A stretch of 64,000 nt of DNA. It comes from Trueperaceae bacterium. Lineage in GTDB: Bacteria > Deinococcota > Deinococci > Deinococcales > Trueperaceae. The translations under genes and the position numbers were made by a program. Where the stretch lies: assembly GCA_040905465.1 (NCBI GenBank), contig JBBDRK010000043.1, positions 38,818-102,817 on the forward strand, in the 5' to 3' direction. The notes under the pieces were generated by a model. It did no database searches. It had not been told where the DNA came from and saw nothing but the letters and a program-made list of their open reading frames with translations. Shown one piece after another: positions 35,245-44,675 of the stretch. Numbering within the stretch: the stretch's first letter is position 1; the number at the start of each line of letters is the position of its first letter.

Positions 35245-36513
35245 ATGAGTGATGCTCGGCATCGTTCGCGTGTCGTAGCCGGCTCACCATTTTTCTACGG
35301 TTGGATGATCCTCGCCACTGCGACCGCCAGCATGTTCATGACGCTGCCCGGCCAGACCGCCGGAATAGCGGTGTTCCTGGAACAGATCATCGCCGACTTG
35401 ACGCTGCAGCGCACCACGGTATCTCTGCTCTACCTGATCGGAACGCTCATTGCGGCCTTTACGCTGACCTTGGTGGGATGGGCGATCGACCGGTACGGTC
35501 CGCGCAGAGCCGCCAGCGGAATCGTGATCCTGTTCATTTGCGGTTGCCTGGTCATGAGCTCGGCAACGGGGCCGTTGTCGCTCCTGCTGGGGCTCATCCT
35601 GGTCCGCGCATTCGGCCAGGGGGCCCTGCCGCTGGTGAGCATGCATAGCGTGAACCTCTGGTTCATTCGGAACCGCGGAATGGCGGTCGGGATTGCAGGA
35701 CTGGGAATCGCCCTCGGCACTGCGGCTTTCCCTCCGCTGATCGAGCTGATGATGGGGAACTACGGCTGGCGAACGACCTACGCCATGCTCGGCGGTCTAA
35801 TTGCATTGGTCGTGCTCCCGCTGGTGGTGACATTCTTCCGAGACCATCCAGAAAGCTACGGCCTGCTACCCGACGGGGACACGGTCACGTCCAGACGGGA
35901 AAATGAGCACCGAGCCGACGACACAGGTAGCGAGCCGGCTCTTACGCTGCCGCAGGCACAACGAACCGCAACGTACTGGCTGTTCGTTCTGGGCGGGGTG
36001 GCGGTGTCCTGTTTCGGCACTGCACTCGTATTCCATCACTACGCGATCATGACGGCGAACGGGGTAGATAGAACAGTCGCGGCCCTGATGTTCGTTCCCT
36101 TCGGGATCGCCATGGCGACGTCCAACCTGCTTACGGGCCTCGCCATGGATCGTCTGGCGCCACGTTACCTGTTGAGCTTCAATCTCGCACTTCTGGTGAC
36201 CGCCCTGGCTTGCGCCAGCAGGGTAGACAGCCCGGCTTTGGTAATAGCCTACGGAGTAGGAATCGGTGCCCTACAGGGAATGCACGGAGCCTTGCAGGCG
36301 GGCGTGTACGCCCACTACTTTGGCAGGCGCCATCTCGGTGTCGTCAGGGGATTCGCGAGTACGCTGTCGGTCGGCGGCTCGGCCGCCGGGCCGTTTCTCT
36401 TCGCCCTCGGCTTCGATCTGTTCGACGACCAAGTCACTACCTTGGTGGTGGCCACCGCGGTGCCGCTGGTGATCGCAGTTACGGCCCCATTCCTGAAACC
36501 GGTGCGAGCGTGA
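35245..36513 (+). CDS. MFS transporter
   Basis: About 12 predicted hydrophobic segments in a 6+6 layout, with a central hydrophilic loop (DHPESYGLLPDGDTVTSRRENEH...). DRYGPRR-type loop after TM2. The RBS is weak and the start uncertain. Confidence 0.75.
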   Translation: MSDARHRSRVVAGSPFFYGWMILATATASMFMTLPGQTAGIAVFLEQIIADLTLQRTTVSLLYLIGTLIAAFTLTLVGWAIDRYGPRRAASGIVILFICGCLVMSSATGPLSLLLGLILVRAFGQGALPLVSMHSVNLWFIRNRGMAVGIAGLGIALGTAAFPPLIELMMGNYGWRTTYAMLGGLIALVVLPLVVTFFRDHPESYGLLPDGDTVTSRRENEHRADDTGSEPALTLPQAQRTATYWLFVLGGVAVSCFGTALVFHHYAIMTANGVDRTVAALMFVPFGIAMATSNLLTGLAMDRLAPRYLLSFNLALLVTALACASRVDSPALVIAYGVGIGALQGMHGALQAGVYAHYFGRRHLGVVRGFASTLSVGGSAAGPFLFALGFDLFDDQVTTLVVATAVPLVIAVTAPFLKPVRA

Positions 36514-36603
36514 GCGAACGCAGAGCTGCACTCGAGGAAGTTACGCCGGCCGGGAGCAGACGGCTTCCGAAAACGAAGGTCGAACTGGTTGAGAGGGAGG
36601 CAT

Positions 36604-37488
36604 ATGAGCACAGAAGGTAGATCGTTGCGCCTCGCCATAGTCGCCGACATTCATCACGGTCCGGATGCCCCCCCGAAGCTGGGGAGCAGGGCACTTGGCC
36701 TGTTGAATGAGGTGATCGACGAAATAAACGAGAGAGCTCCTGACCTGGTGGTGGATCTTGGAGATCGCATCAACGATGTGGGCAAGGAGGATGACGAGCG
36801 GCTGTTGGCCGAGGTGGCGGATGCCTTCTCTCGTCTGCGGGTGCCGGTTCGCCACCTCTTGGGTAATCACGACGTCGCACGGCTCTCCATAGATACCACC
36901 GAATCCCTGCTGGGTGCGACGCTCGACCACCAGAGCCTGGAGCTGAACGACTGGCACCTGGTCTTTTGGCAGGTCAACAGTGCGTTTCGCGGTGGCGACG
37001 GGCTTCAGATAGACGAGAGCGACTTTCTCTGGCTACAAGAGGAGCTCGCCGTAACCGATCGACCCACTGTGGTATTCACGCATGCGCCCCTGGACAACGG
37101 GCCGATGGTGGGGAACTACTACTTCGAACCCATGCCTCCTCAATTCTCGGGTTACGCCAACGCAGAGCGCGCTCGCCGGTTGATGGAGAGGAGCACGACG
37201 AGCGTTGCCGTCGCCGGCCACGTACATTGGAACTCAGCCAGGACGATTCACGGCATCCACTACCTGACCGTCCAGTCGCTGTCCGAGTGCTTCACCACCT
37301 ATCCAGAGCCGGCCCGGGCTTGGGCCGAGCTGACGTTGGGCGAGCGGGTCTCGCTCGACGTTCACGGCACGGATGAGATGCGGGTGCAGTTGACGCCGCG
37401 GCGGGGCAGTAGCCAGTGGCTCACCAGAAACACGAGACCTAGCGAGTGGGTAACCGTCGGAACCAGCCGCCGGAGGGGCAACGGATAG
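36604..37488 (+). CDS. Metallophosphoesterase (calcineurin-like)
   Basis: ATG 36604 follows GAGAGGGAGG. Motifs VADIHHG, DLGDRIND, GNHD and FTHAP..., VAGHVH. Confidence 0.75.
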   Translation: MSTEGRSLRLAIVADIHHGPDAPPKLGSRALGLLNEVIDEINERAPDLVVDLGDRINDVGKEDDERLLAEVADAFSRLRVPVRHLLGNHDVARLSIDTTESLLGATLDHQSLELNDWHLVFWQVNSAFRGGDGLQIDESDFLWLQEELAVTDRPTVVFTHAPLDNGPMVGNYYFEPMPPQFSGYANAERARRLMERSTTSVAVAGHVHWNSARTIHGIHYLTVQSLSECFTTYPEPARAWAELTLGERVSLDVHGTDEMRVQLTPRRGSSQWLTRNTRPSEWVTVGTSRRRGNG

Positions 37489-37563
37489 CACGCGCGGGTC
37501 CGTGACGGTTGCTGGCGTCAAGCTTCGGGCGTTCAGGCCCCGAGGGCGTCTACCGGTTCCGCG

Positions 37564-38955
37564 TCAGTTTTGAGCATTTCGGTCGAGTTCGGCCAGGGCA
37601 GCGATGATTTCGAGGGTGGAATGGACCCCCAACTCGAAATGATCCAGCCGGAGATTCTCATTCGGACCGTGATTGTTCTGATCGTGGTGGCCGTAGCTCA
37701 GGACGATTGGCTTGGCCTCGAGTGCAGTTAGGAACCCCGCGGCGGGCAGGCTTCCGCCCAGTGACGGATAGACCAGAGGCTCGCTTTGCCAGGCCCTTGC
37801 CAATGAAGCGAGTACGGCGGTAGTTGCGTGATCGCTCGGCTCTATCCGATACGGAGTCATTCGGGCCAGATAGTTCACGGTGGCTTCCGGCTCGAGCCGC
37901 CGAATCTCGCTTGCCAGGAGTTCAGCTATTTCGGTGGGATCCTGATCGGGCACCAGCCTGGCATCGAGTTTCAGGACAGCCTTGGACGGGATGACCGACT
38001 TCATCCCCGTTCTGGTATAGCCCGAAGCGATTCCACTCACGTTCAGATTCGGCTCGAACATGATCCGCCGCCAGTATTCCAGGTTATCGGAGATGGACGG
38101 TTCGAGCGCCCGAACCCCGATGGTTCGCCTGAATCCGGCTGCGGAGAATGGGATGGCGCGGGCCAACTCGACTTCGGATCGTGACGGCGCCCGCACTCTG
38201 TCGTAAAAACCCGGGGCGTTTACGGTTCGGTCGGTTCCGATGAGGTTGGAGATGAGGCGAGAGAGCGCAACGGCGGGATTCGGCGTTACTCCGCCGTAGG
38301 TGCCGGAATGCTGGTCGGTCTCGGCGTTACGTAGAGAGACTTCGAGGTATACCAGGCCACGGGCGCCGAAGACGGCAACGGGCCTGCCGCTCGGATGACC
38401 CGGGCCGTCGGCGATCAGAACGAGGTCCGCGGCGAGCCGCTCCCGCTGGGACTGGAGAAAGCTGTCGATGTTCGGTGAGCCTGTCTCTTCTTCACCCTCG
38501 AGCAGGACAGTTACATTCACCGGAATGTGAGCATCGGCGGCAAGGAGGGACGCGATCGCTGCGATATGGGCGTAGAATTGCCCCTTGTTGTCGCTGGCCC
38601 CCCTTGCATAGATCCTCCCGTCGCGAACGGTGGGGGCGAACGGGTCCGACTGCCACTCCGGCTCGTCAGCCGGCTGGACGTCGTAGTGACCGTACAGCAG
38701 CAGGGTGAACCGGTTCCCAGGACGCTCGTACTCTCCGATGACCATCGGAGCGCCGTCGGTAGCGATGGTCGATGCACGGAGGCCGGCTTTCTCGAGCAGG
38801 GTCCGCACCAGTTCGGCGCACTCGGGTATTCCCTCCCCGGTCGTGCTCACGCTCCTCTGAGCCAACAGGGCGAAGAGTTGCTCCAGGAAGGATTCGCGAT
38901 TGCTGGAGAAGTACTCCGATGCTGCTGCCGTTTGGCTTCGGCTACTGTCTGTCAT
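37564..38955 (-). CDS. M20 family metallopeptidase (dipeptidase/deacylase type)
   Basis: LLLYGHYDVQPA, ARGASDNKGQ and LLEGEEETGS metal-ligand blocks. Start taken as ATG 38955; the track start GTG 38997 has no RBS. Confidence 0.8.
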   Translation of the reverse strand: MTDSSRSQTAAASEYFSSNRESFLEQLFALLAQRSVSTTGEGIPECAELVRTLLEKAGLRASTIATDGAPMVIGEYERPGNRFTLLLYGHYDVQPADEPEWQSDPFAPTVRDGRIYARGASDNKGQFYAHIAAIASLLAADAHIPVNVTVLLEGEEETGSPNIDSFLQSQRERLAADLVLIADGPGHPSGRPVAVFGARGLVYLEVSLRNAETDQHSGTYGGVTPNPAVALSRLISNLIGTDRTVNAPGFYDRVRAPSRSEVELARAIPFSAAGFRRTIGVRALEPSISDNLEYWRRIMFEPNLNVSGIASGYTRTGMKSVIPSKAVLKLDARLVPDQDPTEIAELLASEIRRLEPEATVNYLARMTPYRIEPSDHATTAVLASLARAWQSEPLVYPSLGGSLPAAGFLTALEAKPIVLSYGHHDQNNHGPNENLRLDHFELGVHSTLEIIAALAELDRNAQN

Positions 38956-39149
38956 GATTCGATCGCTCTCTCGATCATCGGGCGCAGGACCGTACACGCG
39001 TCCGTACCGGGTGTCCTGATGCGATAGTGACGGAGTTCGACTGTCGGCTTCGGCGAATCGTTTCCGGCCGCTCTACTCGCGAACGGAATCCCCCTTTCAA
39101 AGATGGTCATAGCGTAGGCGTGGGCGGCTCTCCTGTCCCGATCTCGAGA

Positions 39150-39812
39150 TCACCTGAGCAATTCTGTGACCTCGTCGGCCACCGTCCTGGCCAGTACCGC
39201 GTGAGCTCCCGCATCGAGGTGAACGCCGTCGTGTTCGCTCGCCTTGACGTGCTGTGCAACGTCCAGGAAGTCGCACCCGTGCTCCAGGGCGACTTCTCGA
39301 AGGCTTGCTCCCAACTGGCGGGACTTCTTCTCGGCACCGTCGAAGAACTCCGCGAACTCGCTGAGCCTACCTATCAGCGGGGGAGAGAGTAACAGTACGC
39401 CAGGACTATCCTGCGCGGGACCGCTCGCACTGGAGAGGATGACTCCGATAAGCCGGGAGACCCCGAGTGCGATCTCCTTCGGTGAAAGTGAGAAGCGCGC
39501 CTTCAGGTCGTTGGTGCCTAACATCAGCAGCACCAAGTGAAGGGGAGCGTGCGAATCGAGGCACGGCAGCAGGTAGTCGATCCCTTTGCGCCCCGGTTGC
39601 AGGGGATCTTCGAATACTGTCGTCCTGCTGTTGAGCCCCTCCTCCACTACATGGACCTTGCTGCCTAGCAACTCCTGCAGGACACCGGTCCACCGAATCC
39701 GTCGCGGGAAGCGTTCCTTGGTATTCGGATCGAAGCCCCAAGTGTTGGAGTCGCCATAGCACAAGACGGTGCGTTCGAACTCGACGCTCTCGCTCCCTCC
39801 TGCTGCTGTCAC
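39150..39812 (-). CDS. SGNH/GDSL hydrolase, resembling the Mycobacterium smegmatis aryl-esterase/acyltransferase (MsAcT) type
   Basis: VLCYGDSNTWGF (catalytic Ser), RWTGVLQELLG, EEGLNSRTT, MLGTNDLK and DGVHL (Asp-x-x-His). Confidence 0.75.
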   Translation of the reverse strand: MTAAGGSESVEFERTVLCYGDSNTWGFDPNTKERFPRRIRWTGVLQELLGSKVHVVEEGLNSRTTVFEDPLQPGRKGIDYLLPCLDSHAPLHLVLLMLGTNDLKARFSLSPKEIALGVSRLIGVILSSASGPAQDSPGVLLLSPPLIGRLSEFAEFFDGAEKKSRQLGASLREVALEHGCDFLDVAQHVKASEHDGVHLDAGAHAVLARTVADEVTELLR

Positions 39813-39827
39813 TTCACCCGATCCGAA

Positions 39828-40931
39828 CTAACGGCTGAAGTCGAAATCGGCCGACACCTTTGGAATGAACTCGGAAAGCAGGTCGATGAGCCCTTGCACG
39901 TCACCGAGGTGGCACATCTCCGCCGGGGAGTGGGAGTAGCGCATCGAGAAGCTCAGGTCTATCGTAGGGGTGCCGCCGTTTTCCAGCTGAACGTACGAGC
40001 CTTCGGTAAGCCCGCCGAAGAAAGCGCTTCGTTGCAACACGAGTCCGTCCTCCTCGGCACTGCGGCTTATGGCGCGAACCAATGCCGGGTGGGGGACGAG
40101 ACCGTTGAGGGTGCCGCGGCCGTGAAAGGAGTAAAGGTTCATCGCCGGGCCCCCGCCCATCCTCACGTCGTTGCTGCCCGCAAGGTCAGGGGTATCGCCA
40201 GGCACGGTGCCGTCTACACAGAGTGCAATGGCCGGCCGGAGTGCATGGGCTACCGGCGCGGCGCCGCGCAGGTTGAACTCTTCCTGAACGGTGGCAACGA
40301 TGTGAGTCGTGGCTTTGGGTCGGTTCTTGGCTAGCCGCCTCAGGGTCTCGAGGACCGCCAGGCAACCGCCACGGTTGTCGATGAAGGTCGCCGTCACCGT
40401 GTCGTTCGCGAGCCGCTGGAATTGACCGGTGTAGGTAATCGGGTCACCCGTCTGGATACCTGCTTGCTGAACTTCTGCCTTGCTCCGCGCACCTATGTCG
40501 ATGAACAGTTCCTGGAGGGGAGTAACCTTGTACTTCTCTTCGGGCGGTGTGACGTGGTGGGCCTTTATCCCTATAATGCCTGGAATGTCCTTGCCTCGGC
40601 TGTTGGTGATGGTGATCTTGGTCGCCGGGAGTACTTTTTCCGGTATGCCCCCCAACCGATAAACTCTGATGAAGCCGTCGTCCTCGATCTTCCGGACGAT
40701 GAATCCCAGCGAGTCCATGTGGGCGGAGACCATGATACTTGGCGCATCGGCGTCGCTACCGTTTACGGTAGCTATTACGTTGCCTAGCGTATCCGTGTAG
40801 ACGTTGTCCGCATGGGGCCTCATCTTCTCGCTCATGAACGAAGCTACGCGCTGCTCGTGACCAGCGAGTCCGGGCAGCGTAGCCAGGGTCTGGAAATCGG
40901 TGAGTGCCTCGTCGCTTATGCTCTTGCTCAT
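39828..40931 (-). CDS. M42 family metallopeptidase-like protein (FrvX/SgcX type)
   Basis: Same blocks as 20486-21601 (GLAGHEQRVASFM, LGNVIATVNGSD, AHMDSLGFIVRKIEDDGFIRVYRLGGIPEKVLPA, VQEEFNLRGA). ATG follows GGAGA. Confidence 0.8.
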   Translation of the reverse strand: MSKSISDEALTDFQTLATLPGLAGHEQRVASFMSEKMRPHADNVYTDTLGNVIATVNGSDADAPSIMVSAHMDSLGFIVRKIEDDGFIRVYRLGGIPEKVLPATKITITNSRGKDIPGIIGIKAHHVTPPEEKYKVTPLQELFIDIGARSKAEVQQAGIQTGDPITYTGQFQRLANDTVTATFIDNRGGCLAVLETLRRLAKNRPKATTHIVATVQEEFNLRGAAPVAHALRPAIALCVDGTVPGDTPDLAGSNDVRMGGGPAMNLYSFHGRGTLNGLVPHPALVRAISRSAEEDGLVLQRSAFFGGLTEGSYVQLENGGTPTIDLSFSMRYSHSPAEMCHLGDVQGLIDLLSEFIPKVSADFDFSR

Positions 40932-40961
40932 TCTATCGTCTCCAGTCCGGAAGCCACGGCC

Positions 40962-41771
40962 TCATCGGATGCTTTCGACTGCGTCCATGAATCTGCTGAC
41001 CCTGTCGGGATCCACCGGATTCCAGGTGTTTCCATCCCGCTTGAAGCTCGTGCCCACGATGGCGGCATCGGCTACTTCCATGATTGCGTTGACGTTTTCG
41101 ACTCGAACGCCGGTATTGGCGATGACGGGTATCTCCGGAATCGCCTCCTTGACTTCGCGGATATCTGACAGGTCCACGGCTTGCCCGGTCATCGGACCTG
41201 AGACGCAGATGCCATCGGCGAGACTCGCAAAGACCGCGCTTTTCGCTTTAGCCGCATTCGAGCGCGTGCCGATAGGCGAGGCGAACTCGGCGTTGATGTT
41301 GTACAGGAGCAGGCAATCCGCGCCGAGGTTGGTGCGCAGGCGGACGGCGGTAGCGGCGTCGGGTTGCCACAGGCCCATGTCGGCGTCGTAGACGCCGGTA
41401 AAGACCTCCCGCACGAACCGCGCCCCGGTGGCGTGCGCCAAGGCGACTGATGCCACTGGGTCCCATAGGTAGTTGACGCCGAAGGGCACACGCACATGTT
41501 CCACCGCGCGGGTAACGATTGCGGTCATTGCCGCCAGGCTTTCGGGGGTCGAGCGGGTCAAGTACGGCCGGTCGCCTTCGTTGCCGAACATGATCGCATC
41601 GACACCGCCATTTTGCAGAGCATCGATGTCCTGCACGACCGAGTCGAGGATCCGACCGATACTGCCGCTCTTGTCGTAGAGGGCGCTTCCGGGCAGGGGA
41701 AGCAGATGGGCCATGGCAATGATCGGCTTTCTCTTCCCGAATAGCTTTACGAAATCGTTCAAGACGTTCAC
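40962..41771 (-). CDS. BtpA/SgcQ family TIM-barrel protein
   Basis: PIIAMAHLLPLPGS..YD, NGGVDAIMFGNEGDRPY, and later NINAEF and SGP.TG blocks as I recall them for BtpA/SgcQ. GTG 41771 overlaps the DeoR stop (GTGA). Confidence 0.65.
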   Translation of the reverse strand: MNVLNDFVKLFGKRKPIIAMAHLLPLPGSALYDKSGSIGRILDSVVQDIDALQNGGVDAIMFGNEGDRPYLTRSTPESLAAMTAIVTRAVEHVRVPFGVNYLWDPVASVALAHATGARFVREVFTGVYDADMGLWQPDAATAVRLRTNLGADCLLLYNINAEFASPIGTRSNAAKAKSAVFASLADGICVSGPMTGQAVDLSDIREVKEAIPEIPVIANTGVRVENVNAIMEVADAAIVGTSFKRDGNTWNPVDPDRVSRFMDAVESIR

Positions 41772-42541
41772 TCTCCGTTTGCGCGCGTAAGTTTGATGCC
41801 GGCGTCGGTGTAGATGCGTGCCACTTGAGGTTCGAGTCCGGCGTCCGTGATTATCTCGTCGAAGTCATCCAGGTCGCCTACCTTGGCCAGGCTCCTCTTG
41901 CCAAACTTCGTGTGGTCAGCGAGAAGCACTGCCCGTTGTCCACAATCCCTCATCAGCCGCTTGACCGGCACTTCTTCCAATGTCGCGTTCGTCAGCCCCG
42001 CCTCGAGGCTCACGGCGTCGGCACCGATGAAGCTGCTGTTCGCATTGAGATTTGCGAGCGACTCTTCTACGGCGTGTCCGATCACCGAGTAGATAGAGGG
42101 TCGCACGCTCCCTCCCAGGATGATCACCCCGAAGCCGGGCGTGTCGCACAACTCCAGTGCGATCTTAAGATCACTGGTGATTACGGTAATGTCGCGTTTT
42201 CCCTTTAGTTCGCGTGCCAATGCCAGGGTCGTGCTTCCGGAGTCGAGAACGATTACTTCCCCATCCGACACCGACCGGGCCGCAACTCGGGCGATTGCTC
42301 GCTTCTGTTCGAGTTGCCTCCCCGCTTTCTCCGAATGCAATGGTTCGAAGGCCGTACTGATATGGGGGAGAACGGCGCCGCCGTGCGTTCGCTTTATATG
42401 CCCCTGCGTCTCGAGCAGGTGCAGGTCACGGCGTATCGTGGCCGGGGAAACGTCGAGGAGCCTGGCAAGATAGGCGACATCAGCCCCGCCGTTTTCCGTA
42501 AGGAGTTCGAGCAGTCTCCGTTTCCTCTGCTCGGGCAACAT
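41768..42541 (-). CDS. DeoR family transcriptional repressor
   Basis: HTH RKRRLLELL...VAYLARLLDVSPATIRRDLHLLETQGHIKRTHGGA, plus VLDSGST and FIGADAV sensor-domain blocks. Paralogue of 26886-27662. Confidence 0.85.
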   Translation of the reverse strand: MLPEQRKRRLLELLTENGGADVAYLARLLDVSPATIRRDLHLLETQGHIKRTHGGAVLPHISTAFEPLHSEKAGRQLEQKRAIARVAARSVSDGEVIVLDSGSTTLALARELKGKRDITVITSDLKIALELCDTPGFGVIILGGSVRPSIYSVIGHAVEESLANLNANSSFIGADAVSLEAGLTNATLEEVPVKRLMRDCGQRAVLLADHTKFGKRSLAKVGDLDDFDEIITDAGLEPQVARIYTDAGIKLTRANGE

Positions 42542-42605
42542 AGTTACAAGACCTCAATTCGTGGATGTAATGTAAAAGTCTGATTATTTCTGGCTATTAA
42601 TGCTT

Positions 42606-42635
42606 ATCTTACGATTGGCGTTTATGGGCTGTCAA
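42606..42635 (-). promoter_or_regulatory. Sigma-70-type promoter (TTGACA-18 nt-TAAGAT) for the DeoR-SgcQ-M42-SGNH-M20 operon
   Basis: The minus strand reads TTGACA (42635-42630), then the spacer GCCCATAAACGCCAATCG, then TAAGAT (42611-42606). It sits in an unusually AT-rich 209-bp intergenic region. Confidence 0.55.
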
Positions 42636-42750
42636 TAGAATTCGAGCGCTCAGCGACAGCGAGCACAGAAACACCTACCGTTGCCGACGCTACACGACCA
42701 AACAGCAGACATGCTACCGGGTCGCTTGTTGCGCCGGTTATGCTCTAGCC

Positions 42751-43818
42751 ATGCATCCACGTACCCTTCTTGTCACCGGCGGCGCCGGCTTTATCGGCTC
42801 GGCACTCGTGCGACACCTGATCTCCGATACGCCGCATCGGGTGGTGAACGTCGACAAGCTCACATATGCCGGTCACGTCGAGAGCCTCGCTGATGCCGCT
42901 GAAAGCTCGCGGCACCACCTGGAGCGGATCGACATCGCCGACGGGGCCGCGGTGGCGGACGTGTTCGAGCGCTACCAACCCGACGCGGTCGTGCACCTTG
43001 CCGCCGAGACGCACGTGGACCGCTCGATCGACGGGCCGGCCGAATTCCTGCGCACCAACGTGCAGGGAACGTTCGTGATGCTGGAAGCCTCCCGCCGCTA
43101 TTGGGACCGGCTGAGCGGCGGGCAGTGGGAGGAGTTCCGCTTCCTGCACGTCTCCACGGACGAGGTCTACGGTTCGCTCGGTGACGAGGGGCGCTTCCGT
43201 GAAGACAGCAGGTACGACCCCCGCTCGCCATATTCGGCGTCGAAGGCGTCTGCGGATCACTTCGCCAAGGCGTACCACCACACCTATGACCTCCCGGTCA
43301 TCGTCACGAACTGCTCCAACAACTACGGTCCGTACCAGTTCCCGGAGAAGCTGATCCCCCTCGCTACCCTGCGCGCTTCGGCAGGAGAGCCGATCCCCGT
43401 CTACGGCGAGGGCGAAAACGTGCGCGACTGGCTGCACGTTGACGATCACGTGCGAGGCCTGATGGCGGCGCTCGAGGAGGGACGGCCCGGCGAAACCTAC
43501 AACATCGGCGGCGACAGCGAACGCACCAACCTGCAGGTGGTAAAGACGATCTGCGAAGCGCTCGACGAGTTGGTGCCGTCGACCCGCCCCTACCATCGGC
43601 TCATCGAGTTCGTAGCGGATCGGCCCGGACACGACCTCCGTTACGCGGTCGACGCCGGCAAGATCCGCAACGAGCTGGGCTGGGCCCCACGGGTCGCCTT
43701 CGAGAGTGCCCTGCGCGAAACGGTCGCCTGGTACCTGGACAACAGGGCCTGGTGCGAGGCGGTAACCCGGGGCGCCGCCTACCGGCTGGAGCGCCTGGGC
43801 AAGCGCGAACAGGAGTAG
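42751..43818 (+). CDS. rfbB: dTDP-glucose 4,6-dehydratase
   Basis: LVTGGAGFIGSALVRHL, STDEVYG, YSASKASADHF and NCSNNYGPYQFPEKLIP. Confidence 0.9.
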   Translation: MHPRTLLVTGGAGFIGSALVRHLISDTPHRVVNVDKLTYAGHVESLADAAESSRHHLERIDIADGAAVADVFERYQPDAVVHLAAETHVDRSIDGPAEFLRTNVQGTFVMLEASRRYWDRLSGGQWEEFRFLHVSTDEVYGSLGDEGRFREDSRYDPRSPYSASKASADHFAKAYHHTYDLPVIVTNCSNNYGPYQFPEKLIPLATLRASAGEPIPVYGEGENVRDWLHVDDHVRGLMAALEEGRPGETYNIGGDSERTNLQVVKTICEALDELVPSTRPYHRLIEFVADRPGHDLRYAVDAGKIRNELGWAPRVAFESALRETVAWYLDNRAWCEAVTRGAAYRLERLGKREQE

Positions 43819-43835
43819 GGAGCGGTCGTCCTCCG

Positions 43836-44660
43836 ATGGAACTTCGTTCGCTCGGCCTGCGGACCGAGCTTATTTTCCACCGTTTTGAAGGTCAGGTGAC
43901 GGACCGCGGCGCGTATCTGCTGATTCGCACACCGTCGAACCCGAACTATCACTGGGGCAACATGCTGATGTTTCCGGGGCCCCCGGGGCCCGGAGACTAC
44001 GAGCGCTGGGAGGAGTTGTTCCGGTCCGAGTTGGGGAATCCGCCGCACCGGGTGTACGGCTGGGACAAGGAGCGCGAGGTTGCCGGTGGCGGTTGCGGCG
44101 GCGAGGCGAGCGGGCCGGCTCCGGTCGGTGCTATCGAGCCGTTTCTTGCCGCCGGTTTCAGGGTAGAGCAAACCGTGGTGCTGACGGCCACCGAAGTGCA
44201 TGACCCGCCGAGCATCAACCGCGAGGCCGTGGTGCGGCCCCTGAAGAGCGACGCCGACTGGCAGGCGGCGCTCGAGCTGGGGGTGCTGTGCCGCGACTTC
44301 CGCTACGGCGAGGAAGGCTACCGCACCTATCTGGCTCCCAAGATGAAGACGTACCGTCGGATGCAAGACGCCGGACTGGGCAGTTGGTTCGGTGCGTTCT
44401 GGGGCGAGAAGCTCGTGGCGGACATGGGCGTGTTCGCTGAGGCCGGGATAGCACGTTTTCAGTCGGTCAAGACGCACCCCGACTTCCGCAGGAGAGGAAT
44501 TTGCGGCACTTCCGTAGCAGAGGTGGCCAGGTACGCGCTCGGCGAACTCGGAGCGTCGCAGCTCGTGATGCTCGCCGATCCCGGCTACCAGGCGGCGCGC
44601 ATCTACGAGTCGGTCGGGTTCGTTCCCCGCGAGAGGGTGGCGGGAGTCGCGCGGCCGTAG
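43836..44660 (+). CDS. GNAT family acetyltransferase (putative)
   Basis: ATG 43836. The C-terminal half has VKTHPDFRRRGICGTSVAEVARYAL (motif A-like). The in-frame extension to 43752 overlaps rfbB and is rejected. Confidence 0.6.
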   Translation: MELRSLGLRTELIFHRFEGQVTDRGAYLLIRTPSNPNYHWGNMLMFPGPPGPGDYERWEELFRSELGNPPHRVYGWDKEREVAGGGCGGEASGPAPVGAIEPFLAAGFRVEQTVVLTATEVHDPPSINREAVVRPLKSDADWQAALELGVLCRDFRYGEEGYRTYLAPKMKTYRRMQDAGLGSWFGAFWGEKLVADMGVFAEAGIARFQSVKTHPDFRRRGICGTSVAEVARYALGELGASQLVMLADPGYQAARIYESVGFVPRERVAGVARP

Positions 44661-44675
44661 GAGATACCGAACCGG

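Noticed and set aside
43752-43835. Upstream start for the third GNAT ORF.
   Set aside because: It would overlap the last 67 nt of rfbB. The ATG at 43836 follows the rfbB stop and starts the plausible protein.
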